Of a DNA stretch of 64,000 nucleotides, positions 19,701 through 31,700 are shown piece by piece; position 1 is the first letter of the stretch; each line of letters begins with the position of its first letter. A program made the position numbers and the translations under genes. This DNA comes from Saccostrea echinata (lineage: Eukaryota): positions 1,612,001 to 1,676,000 of the forward strand of contig NW_026889765.1 of assembly GCF_033153115.1 (NCBI RefSeq). The letters are read 5' to 3'. The notes beneath the pieces are model-generated. The model was not told the DNA's origin and did not search any database. It saw nothing but the letters and a program-made list of their open reading frames with translations.

Positions 19701-22700
19701 CCTTGGACTTCTGGTCCAAGGACTATCATTCATGCTAATGATACATAAGAGCCTGTTGAGGAGTGATGTGGTGCATATTTGCATCTACAACTCGCCATCA
19801 CCTTTATTTTGAGATTTTCCAGCTAGAGCAATGGAAATGCGTACATAAGTCATTTTCAGGAAGTCTTGGCATCGCTTACGGAAAAGAAAGGAGAATTTAT
19901 TTCTCGGAACATTGCTGCATTACTTATGATGAACAGATACAAATCCTTAAAACCCCATATTATTGCCAAATGTTTTATTAAACATGCAATTTTTGATTTC
20001 TATTAAGTGCACTCAAACTTAACTTCCGGTAATGGTATGAAAATCATTCAGCCGTTAAATTACTGATATTTACAATGCTGAAGATGTCCTTACTTTTTAG
20101 ATACAAAATTATATCCTATATGTAATATTTCCCCCGAAAATAGGATGTTGCATTTCTTTTGCGTTTCAGTATAGTTAAATGAAATTTCCTTGTCTTATGA
20201 TAAAATAGGAAAGTTATTAATTTTGATGGTTATTATACATGTAAATGAATTTGATAGATACAGTCAAACCTGTGATAGGTAAGATATTGAGGGGAAATTT
20301 TATATAGTTTATAGACAAGTATGACAAGCGATCACTTAGACAGGTATGTATAACCATGCTCCAGGGTAATCATAAGATATGAATGGAAGGAGCAGATTAG
20401 AAAAAGGAAAATTATTGTTAAGATTTTAAGTGTCACTTGACAGACATTTTATACAGGGGGTTACTAAGGCAGGTCTGACTGTAAATGGCCATTAGGCATA
20501 CAATTTTTCCTTTCATCTTACTAGTTTACCATAAATACTGGAAAAGTCATGATAGCAATAAAAAAACATTTTTTGCTGAAGGCTTGGCTTTGATGATAAA
20601 TACTTTTGTTTTAACTTTTAGCAAACTTGGTTGGTTTAGGAATGGCTGAATTAGAGGTATGTTAGAACTTTTAGCATTCATTGTACATGTATATTTTATG
20701 CACTTGACACTATTGTCTTCATATTCTGATTTAAATTTCTTGAACAAACTCACCATAGCATTTGATTTTTTTTTTCAGGGACTGGTTGAAAATACTCAGA
20801 ATTTTATGGTGAGTTTTGCCAATAATTCTATGTGAATTGATAAATGTGAACTCTGCATACAGATATTGTATTCTAAGATATTTTTTTCTACTCTTAGTCA
20901 GTGGTCATTCGGCTACTGGACAGCTGCAAGAAGTATGTCCTCAACAAGAAATCCAATCTGACCAGTTGGCATCTTATCCTTGGCTGGTTCTCACAGAAAT
21001 CTGATGAAAGGTACCTTAATGAATTTAAGCAAATTGTGCTGTTTAATTTTTTGAGATTTGGTCATTTTATTTTATTAATGTTCATATAAATATTTGTATT
21101 TTTAAAATTTTTGGAATTCCCCTCAAATATTTTAGTACATGAATTATTTACTGTGATTTTGATTGAATAGCAAATTTCACAAAAAAATGTACAGCAGATC
21201 TTACCCTTGTATAGTTTTTAAGACAATTGATGAAACATTGTTTTGATTAATTTGTGTGTCTACTGAAAATGCTTGTATCTGTACCATTAAATAACTTTAC
21301 AGCTTGAATGCAGCAATGCCACATGTAAAGGAGCAGATCAAATTGCTGTGGTCAGAGAAAATGATAAGAATTCTGTTTTCTGACCTTCTGGCATATGTAG
21401 AGGCAGAGAAAGAACAGGCTGTAGCAAAGAAGGAACCCTCTCCCTCAAAAAGTAAGGAACCCTCTTTCTCAAAAAGAAAAGGACTCTCTTACTTAAAAAG
21501 TAAGGGACCCACTCCTCAAAAAATAAGGGACCCTCTCCATCAAAAAGTAAGGAACCCTATCCCTCATAAAGTATGGGACCCTCTCCATCAAAAAGTAAGG
21601 GACCCTCTCACTCATAAAGAAAGGGACCCTCTCCCTCAAAAAGTAAGGGACCCTCTATCTCAAAAAGTAAGGGACCCTCACCCTTATAAAGTAAGGGACC
21701 CTCTCCCTCAAAAAGTAAGGGACCCTCTCCATATAAAGGTAAGGAACCCTCTCCATCAAAAGGTAAGGAACCCTCTCCCATATAAACTAAGGGACCCTTT
21801 CCATCAAAAAGTTGGGAACCCTCTCCTTCATAAAGTAAGGGACCCTCTCCCATATAATGTAAAGAACCCTCTCCCTCAAAAAGTAAGGGACCCTTTCCCT
21901 TATAAAGTAAGGAACCCTCTCCCTGAAAAAGTAAGGGACCCTCTCCCTTAAAAAGTAAGGGACCCTCTCCCTCATAAAGTAAGGGGCCCTCTCCATCATA
22001 AAGTAAGGGATATTCTCAATTATAAAGTTAGGGACCCTCTCTATCAAAAAGTAAGGGACCCTCTCCATCAAAAGGTAAGAAACCCTCTCCCTCATAAAGT
22101 AAGGGACCATCTCCCTTATAAAGTAAAGGACCCTCTCCCTCAAAAAGTAAGGAACCCTCTCCATCAAAAGTAATGAACCCTCTCCCTTATAAAATAAGGA
22201 ACCTCTCCATCAAAAAGTAAGGAACCCCCTCCCTTATAAAGTAAGGGACCCTCTCCATCAAAAAGTAAGGGACTCTTTCCATCATAAAGTAAGGAACCCT
22301 CTCCATCAAAAAGTAAGGAACCCTCTCCCTCATAGAGTAAGGGACCCTCTCCCTTATAAAGTAAGGAACCTTTTCCATCAAAAAGAAAGGAACCCTCTCC
22401 CTTATAAAGTAAGGAACCATCTCCATCAAAAAGTAAGGAACCCTCTCCCTCATAAAGTAAGGGGCCCTCTCCCTCATAAAGTAAGGGACCCTCTTACTCA
22501 AAAAGTAAGGAGCCCTCTCCATCAAAAAGTAAGGAACCCTCTCCATCAAAAAGTAAGGAACCCTCCTCCCTTATAAAAAAGGGACCCTCTCCCTTATAAA
22601 CTAAGGAACCCTCTTCATCAAAAAGTAAGGAACCCTCTCCATCAAAACGTAAGGGACCCTCTCCATCAAAAAGTAAGGAACCCTCTCCATCAAAAAGTAA

Positions 22701-25700
22701 GGAACCCTCTCCCTCATAAAGTAAGGGACCATCTCCCCTATAAAGTAAGGGACCCTCTCCCTCAAAAGTAAGGGACCCTCTCCATCAAAAAGTAAGGAAC
22801 CCTCTCCATCAAAAAGTAAGGAACCCTCTCCCTTATAAAGTAAGGAACTCTCTCCATCAAAAAGTAAGGAACCCTCTCCCTCATAAAGTAAGGGACCATC
22901 TCCCTTATAAAGTAAGGAACCCTCTCCATCAAAAAGTAAGGAATCCTCTCCATCAAAAAAGGGACTCTCTCCCTTATAAACTAAGAGACCCTCTCCCTCA
23001 TAAAGTAAGGGACCCTCTCCATCAAAAAAGGGACCATCTCCCTTATAAAGTAAGGAACTCTCTCCATCAAAAAGTAAGGAACCCTCTCCCTCATAAAGTA
23101 AGGAACCCTCTCCATCAAAAAGTAAGGAACCCTCTCCATCAAAAAAGGGACTCTCTCCCTTATAAACTAAGGGACCCTCTCCCTCATAAAGTAAGGAACT
23201 CTCTCCATCAAAAAAGGGACCATCTCCCTTATAAAGTAAGGGACCCGCTCCCTCATAAAGTAAGGAACCCATCATCAAAAAAGGGACCATCTTCCTTATA
23301 AAGTAAGGGACCCTCTTCCTCATAAAGTAAGGGACCCTCTATATCAAAAAAGTAAGGGACTTCATTCATACTATATTCTTATCATTTTGAACCCAGTGAC
23401 AGCACTGCATGAGGATTTTTCATGGAAGTCTTGAGAGTTCCTTAAATAGAATTTTTAAGACAGCTATTAGTTTGTTATGTGGGATGTGTACAATGTAGAC
23501 ATCAATAGTCGTTGATTATCCTCCCATTGAATTTAAAGTGCAATGATTGAATGTCTCATTATTGCTCCATGTGTGTCTAGCAAAGGGACTGTGGTTATTT
23601 CACTTAATATGGGATTCATGCCTGAATGTTACATAAATTCAAGCACTACCCAAAGCCATAGTTAGAAACATAAGAATGCATTATGTAGTATTTTTATTCA
23701 GTTTTTTATAATTTACAAGACAGCGCTCAAAGAGAAATGCTTGAAATATTTTTCACTGTAAGATTTAGAAGAAAACATTTGAACAAAAGGAATATTTTAA
23801 AGCATGCTAGTAAATACTATAGGTTTATGACTATTTTACAGACATATTAAAGAAAGCCATAGAAAAGGCCTCCTCTAAATCAACAGCTACCAAGATAAAG
23901 CTGGAGAGTCCGCTGGCCAAGACGACGTGTTACACGTGTGCCCTGTATCAGATAATGATGAACACACTCACTCAGCTTAGAATGGACATCCTCTCAGGTC
24001 TGTCTTGGGAGTTTTATCAATAAGTAATCAAACTTAACCAAACTAAAAGAGGTGTAAGGAAGAATAATGGAAAATATTTATTCTCTTTGTAACATTTTAA
24101 GAGATGAGCTCCGATTTGAGATACAAGTATAAATAACAATAATTGTAGAGAAATTTTATTGTAAATGAAATCAAGTTAATATCTGTTCTTTTGTCTTGTT
24201 TTTTAGTTTGAACAATATCCCATAAATATGTTCAATGATTGGTTAATTCTCAACAGGTATAAGTTATAATCAGGTGCTGCTACCAGCTTTGTGGAAGTTC
24301 CTCTGTGACCTTGGCCCAAACTGTGGCCTTAAGGTGTTTATTGACCTTTTGACCCAGACCCCCAACAGTGTCATACACCCAGTGTTCAGCCTGTTGACTG
24401 TATTCTGTGAGGCTGCTACTCATTATATCATGTAAGTGCTATCATTATATCACGTAAAACTGCTATCATTATATCATGTAAATGCTATCAATATATCATG
24501 TAAATGCTATCATAATACCATGTAAGTGCTATCATTATATCATGTTAGTGTTATCATTGTATCATGTAAGTGCTATCATTACTCGTAAATTTTATTTCTG
24601 GTGTTTACAAATATGATTTTTCATTAGGTACATATACATGTAATGCTTACATGCTTTGTACATGTACTGTAAACCAAGCTTTATATGCCAAAACTTTTAT
24701 TTGTGATTCGTTGTTCTGAAATTCATCCCTGATGACTCATTGTTGTGACTGAGACAATTTTCTACATATATACACAATTAAAATAAAGGTTGGCATTGAG
24801 AAATAGAAAAATATTTCTCACACAGGAATAGGAGTTGGTTTACAGTATATTACAAGGAAAGTGATATATTGTGTTTGAGTTCATTATTTTCATTTTTGTC
24901 TTTTGTATGCTTGGAATCTATATTCTTGAAAAGTGTTCAACTGTTAGGAAATATCTACCAACCAAAATAAATTAAAATATCACATATATTTTTGAATTGT
25001 CTATATCTCTCTTAAACAATGTAGAACACTGGACGATATGGAGATGTATGAACAACAGAAGATGTTTACACTGGATGACTACATCAGAATGAGCAAGTTT
25101 CTCAATTTATTTGTGTACAGAGTCACCTGGCACAATCTCATAGGTAAAGATTTGTTTTAATTAAGCTAATAACAGAAAACAATGAAGTTTATTTATATTA
25201 TATAGAATAAGTATCATAATTTTCAAAAGGAAACCTTGCAGCCGTAGATAAATTATTCTATCCTGGTTTTGATTAATATTATTAGCTATCTTCGTACCCT
25301 GTATTTGTTTGATGTAAATGTATGAGTACAGTATATAAATGGTGTCTGTTTTGGAAGGTAACAGTTAAAATTGACACCCCAAAGAAAACCATTGTCAACC
25401 AACGTGTCAGTGGAGGTTGACAATGGTTTTCCAAGGGTGGCAATTTCAACTGTTACCCTCCTAAACAGGCACCATTTATTTTATTATACTGAATGTCTTA
25501 TTGACTTAGGATGTCAGCAAAAAAAATTCATCGATCGTCTTTATGTTCACGTTTAGAAAGCTTTCGAACTTCCCGCTTCTATTTTTCTCAAAAAAAAGAT
25601 TTGAAAAAGATGTACCGACCTCTTTATTGTTTGTTTGATACTCAAAGAGTCCTTTATCATCTAAAGTTTCATAAATTCTGCACTCGCAAGCATGTTTCGT

Positions 25701-28700
25701 CTGTCCTTTGTTGTTTTCAAGTTAGCTACATCAAATGCAAGCTTTCATTGACGTCAAGTTTATTTGACTTTTTCAAATGCACAACAGATGTTTTGAGAAT
25801 TCTACGGTGAACCGTACGTGCATGAAATGCACGCATGTAACATTTTCATTGTGTTACCCATTGTCAAGTCTGTTGCTAATGCTGAGGGTAACATTACGGA
25901 TCATTAACTGCATCTAAACCAATCAGATTTTAGTATTTAACATGAAAGTATAATAATAGTTAATGTTTCACTCTGATCAGATTTAAGGAGTGTAGAGAGT
26001 GGAGAGTCTGACGTTTATAATGCTACGCACAACCTCTTGCTTCTGTTGTATGAGAGGGACTGTAGACGGCCATACGCTGAAAAGGATCATTGGCTCAACA
26101 GGTCAGTTCACAGGAAATAAAAAGCACAAAATAAATGTTACCCAAAATTTTCCCAATGAATTTCATGCAGGAAAAAAACACTTACGTGAATCTGACATGA
26201 AAGTTTTTTTTTAATTTGTTTCAAACTTTATGCGAGTTTTTAGCAAAAAATCTATTCATTTGAAATTTCACTGCTGCACAATTAGTTGTGTGTAGCAGTA
26301 AAGCATTTTTGAAAAAAAAAAGTTAGCCCTTTCAATCAATATTACCAAACTCTTTAGATTTTCTTCAGTGCTCTAAGTCTGATTAGTGGAGAAAGTGCAA
26401 TCTGGAGTTATTCTTATATGTAATGTTGTTTTTATTTGGTTGCAGAGACATCAAACCTAGTGCATTCCTTAAAGATTCTGACAGAGACAGAGCTATGGAG
26501 GTGCTGGTGAAGAAAACTCCTTTTATCATTCCATTTGCAGAGGTAATGCAATGAGGAGGTCTAAAAATTCTTGATACATTCAACAATTGTCTTGATGAAT
26601 CTTTAGTTTTGCTTACTCAGGTCATTTTTATTTTGTTTTTAGATGATATTTAAACAGATGAATTTTGCTACCTTATGAATTGCTATGTATTGGCATATGC
26701 TCTATTTGTATTGCCCTAATTTCAAATTGAGATTCATAAGAGAATTTGCTGGTGTTATTATATGAATATGTTTAAAGTTACAAAGAACGGTATTTCCCAG
26801 AGTATGTTTTAAATTAGCTGAGCACCATCTTTAATTTTTTGAGAAATTTTGAAAGCTTAACCCATTTCTGATTACTTGTAGAGAGTGAAGGCCTTCAGAC
26901 ATAGAGTACGGCTGGAAAAGGAGAGTCTGGGATTGACAGAATCAGCGGCCATTTCTCCTCAGTCCACACTCATCACCGTCCACAGAAATAGGGTTGTGGA
27001 GGTCAGTACTGGGTCTTGTGAAGGATTTATACAAACATAGTAGACAAGTGAACCACAGCAAATAATTTACCAAACACAGAAATTAGAGACTGTTGTAGTT
27101 ACATCGTGATATTGTACATTTCCCATGTAGCACCACAGGAGTCTGAAGTTTTTATTGTTAAAAAATAGTGGGGAAAAAAAATTCACCCTCTACTAGAAGG
27201 GTGGAATATTTTTTTTCTGGTATTTTTTTATGACACGCCATGAATATGGCCGGGGCATATAGTGTTTGTCATCTCCGTCCTTCCATCCTTCCATCTGTCC
27301 TTCCGTCGCACTTTGCGTTTAGCTCAGTTCAAAGCTCAGTTTAAAAGAAACTCTCCAAGATATTTTTATCACACTTCATATGCTGGTAGTCTATTTCTAA
27401 TACAAAACAAAGTATGGTATTTCAAATGTCTTTATCTAATAACATTCCAGCATATGCATAGTTCAAGAGTTCTTTATCTTACAACATTATTGCAAATATG
27501 AACAACAAATAAGACAACTAAAAATTATTTACATTACAAATTCAAATACACAATACTGGACAAAACTGGCTCAGTCACCCATGAAGAACTTGCTGGACTG
27601 AAGAATCCACATGGTAGAATCTTCCCGATGTGTGAGACATCGCCACAACGAAAATTGTTGAACCCAGCAAGACAGAGTTGGAAGATCCACATGGTAGAAA
27701 TTCCCCAGTACGAGTGTACTGCTGCAATAAAAATTTGTAAACTCTGCTCTAGAATTTTAACAACAAGGAAGTTTTAGCTGATTATAAATTTGTAATGGGG
27801 AAATTATGACAATAATAAGGCCAAAACTCAGGAACGAAAATATGAGTGACTGAGTGCCCCGTAAGTGTTTATAATTGTTCGCTATGGTAATACATACATG
27901 TTAATTATGAGATAAATTGAAAATGAGAACAAGATTTTTTAACTGTGAAAAAAGAAAAATATTACAAATAACATGTCTATAGATTGCGACATAGTAAGCC
28001 GTTTTATACAAGAAGAATATAACAACATGATAGCGACACAAGAAATACAAAGCAAGGTATAAACGATACAAAAATTGAATGAGAGCATAAAAATTAATCT
28101 GTAATCAGGAAACATTAAGTTTAAAAATATTGAGAATTACACACTATGTACACATTCACAATGGTGCCCGAGTCATCAGACTGTTAAACAATGCTTTTAG
28201 AATCTCTCGCAAAAGTCAACTGGTGATGAGCATGGACTGTTGCGTGTGTTTAATGGCTGAGTCTGGTGTTTTGATATATCTCGTATATGAATTGGAGGTC
28301 CATCTTCCTAGTGATTTGATAAGGTGGTCTTCGATGCGCGCTTTTGCTGCAGATGTAGCAGCACCAATTTGGAAAGAATGACCAGTGATGTAGCTGTCGC
28401 AGTGGTTTGAACGCTTCAGTAGATCCCTTAACATAGTCAAAAAATTACACCGACTGAGGGCAGATCCATTTTCCATGATGAACAGGGGGAGGTGCATTTT
28501 GGGATCAAAAATGGCATTTCTTGTAGATAAGTAGTTCTTTAGTTGTTCAAATGGACATAATACGGAATTATTTTTGAACAACTTGATCCCTAATCCTTTT
28601 CGGAAAGGATCAGTCTTGGATTGTTTAAGGAAGAGAACGACGTGGTCATTGTAGAATTGTACGTCGCTTATGCACAGATTAAAGTGAGGGTCGAAAGCTG

Positions 28701-31700
28701 CTTTGCATGTAAATTCTGCACATCTGAGGAAACCGAAAAAAGCCACTACACACACTGTTGTCATCAATGTATCCGTGTATTTTGAGTTCACACCTTTTTG
28801 AAGCACGCTGCACATGTCTTGTAACACATTGTAAGTAATAGGTTTCGGCTTGGATGGTAGGATTGACTTTGTCTTTTTATACCGCTAAGTAGCATGTGCA
28901 ATCTAGGTAGATTACCTGCCAAATCGGTGAAGGGGTTAGGTATACCTAGCAGGATGAGATGGTGTCGAATCCCGCAGAGGTAAAGTTTGATTGTTTGGTA
29001 AGACAGGTTCATGGAATCGTAACAGTAGGTGACAAATTCCATTAAAGTAGATTCTGACACACTTTGACACGTGTTGTTCATACGGCTAAATTTTAAGAAG
29101 GCTTGATATCCGGAGTTGTACGTAGCTCTAGTTGAAATGGATATGGAGTCTTCCATCAATGCTTCTATTCTGTGAGAGGTTTCCAAAGGACGTCCTGCAG
29201 GGGTGGGCAAGGATGAGGGTGTCTGTCTGCTTGAGGAGCTAGGCTTCTGAACTTGTTTATCTGAAATCGAGAGAAAGCATCTGCGATTACATTAGTTTTA
29301 CCTGGAAGGAATTCAGAATAAATGCAGAAATTGTATTTAGCTGAACACCAGGTTAACTGTCTCATTAGTTTCATAATAGAAAGAACTTTAGATCGCCCCT
29401 TTTGTATAATATTCACAGTAGCTAAGTTGTCACAATAAAAAAGTATTCTTTTGGTAGACCAACGAAGTCCCCAGAGAATGGAAGCTACAACGATAGGGTA
29501 CAGTTCATGGAGTGCCATGGATATGTCCTTGTCTTGTTCACTTGGTAAATCATCTGGCCATTTGTCACTGAACCAGTGACCTTTGAAATATCCCCCGAAT
29601 CCAAGGGTAGATGATGCGTCTGTATACAAATGCATACTATTAGCTGGAGTTCTTTCGATATCATAGAAAAATGATATGCCATTCCACTGATCTAAGAACA
29701 ATTTCCACATTTTGATGTCTTCTCTGCACTCTGAGGTCAGATGAATGTAATGGTGAAGCTCGCGCACAGAAGATGCTAGGCTCAACAAATAAGAAACAAA
29801 TGATCTTCCTGGTACGATTACGCGAGAAGCAAAGTTCAGATGTCCCAAAAGTTGCAACAATTCACGTTTTGTACAGCTTTTCTTCACGCTGAAAGTTTCC
29901 AACATTTCTCGTATTCTAAGAACTTTATCTGGAGGAAGTCATGCTTGCATTTTAGAAGAATCGAGAATTATTCCAAGGTATTCCATAACAGTATCTGGGC
30001 CCATGGTCTTGTGTAGAGCAATTGGAACGTTCAGCTTCTTAAAGATCATTGTCAGGAGGGCCATAGTCCGCTCCGCATCAAAATCTGGTCTATCTATGGT
30101 TAGGAAGTCATCCAGCAAATGCGTATAGATTCGATTTTGTAATTGTTTTGTGCTATCCAGCAAATTGCTTGGGAAAACTGATCGAAGATCTTTGGACTAG
30201 ATCTACATCCAAAGGATAAACGAGTGTAGTAATAGTATAAATTTCTCCACTTCACACAATATAAATGGTACTGAGAAGGTAGTATGGGAATAAGTTTAAA
30301 GGCATCTGAAATATCAGTCTTGCACATCAGAGAGCCTTGACCATTTTGCACAATAATTTTGATGGCATCATCAATACTCACATAAGAAAGAGAGCATTGA
30401 TTTTTATCAATGAGTTCATTTATACTTGGGTGAGTTTCATTGTTGTGAGGTGCAGAAAGATCCACGATTAGCCTTTTCTTTTTAGAATACTTATGTTCGG
30501 CGATTCCGAGAGGAGACACTCTGTAGTTTTCAAAAGGAGGTTCCTCATAAGGTCCTGAAAGAAAACCTTTTTCAATTTCCTTTGACAGCAACTCATCAAC
30601 AGTATCCATGTTCTGTAAAGCTGACCTCAAGTTTTTGCATTCTCATGTTTTCAAGTCTGTTTTCTGCACTTTAGTGTCAAACCCATTAGTAAAACCATCT
30701 AGAATGTAAGCAACAAAGTTAGGATTTTCAAGATTTTCAAGTTCTAGTTTCAACTGTTGAATGTTAATTGTTGAGCATGGAGATCCTGGAACAGATAGTC
30801 ATTTGGGATTGGTAGTAGAGGAAGATGTATTCTTAGTTTTGGTGAATTTTGAATTGCAAGTGAGCGATGAATGATCCTTTTTCTTGCATTGGCTACAAAT
30901 ATGAAGGAAAGGACAGTTGTTTCTTCCGCATTTCCTAGTAGAATTGAAATTGTTACAGATTTCCTGTCCATCGTGTAACAGCCTCTTTCTGCCATGCTTA
31001 TCTGTATTACTGTTTGAGGATTGATGAGAAGTCGTTGCTGAATTGCTCTGTGATTGAGGACAAAACCTAGTGTCATGAGAAACTTCTGAGCAGATAGAGC
31101 AGGATCTGGATTTAGATGCTACGAGTTGAATGAGATCTCTGTCTCTCACAGACCAGTCGACTTTAATCTTGTGAACGGCCAAGGCATTGGCACTTCTCAG
31201 AGAAAATAGCTTGTGGTACTCATAAAATCTTTTTCCGTAAACATTGTATATGTCGATGATATTGGCTTCATACTGATCTAATTCTTCTCTGCGATTAGGA
31301 AATGCCTGACACATGCATCGTTTATATTTTCCGAATGCGGTTAAAAACTCAGCAATAGTAAGGCACCTTTTAAGTCGGATATCTTCCTTCTCTGGTTTCT
31401 CTTTCTCTGAGGTAGTAATTTCGTAATAAGGAAGAAGCAATGTAGCAAGATTAACATCCTTACCGTCGATGATGTTTTTCCGAATGGAATTGGAAATCAA
31501 TTCCATTTGGGGCAATTCCTCCGGGTTCGTGCCTAATTTCCTCATGCTCTGGGTGTTTTCATTTGCCGTTTGGTAGAACTGCTGTAGAACTGCTGTAAAT
31601 TAAATGATGGCGAGCTGTTAGCGTTTGTGTCTTTCGTTGTAATAAGGGTAGTTAAACTCGAAACCATCGTCTGGAGGCTTTGAACTGTGTGCACAAGCGA

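Noticed and set aside
21608-23323. Minus-strand ORFs with MERVPYF / EGEGPLL repeats
   Set aside because: They are antisense translations of the 24-bp donor array, with no independent start, splice or domain evidence.
13843-23360. CRISPR-like appearance of the regular repeats
   Set aside because: There are no unique spacers and no cas genes, and the context is a eukaryotic intron.
27515-27548. Weak inverted similarity to the element 5' end as a possible ITR/ICR
   Set aside because: The match is gapped and almost entirely A/T, so it cannot be distinguished from chance without computation.
27589-27671. Hammerhead ribozyme (CTGAAGA at 27598-27604 on plus; also CTGATGA at ~28173-28179 on minus)
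   Set aside because: No correctly placed stem II-GAAA-stem III-UH follows either motif, and the second cloverleaf unit lacks the CTGANGA.
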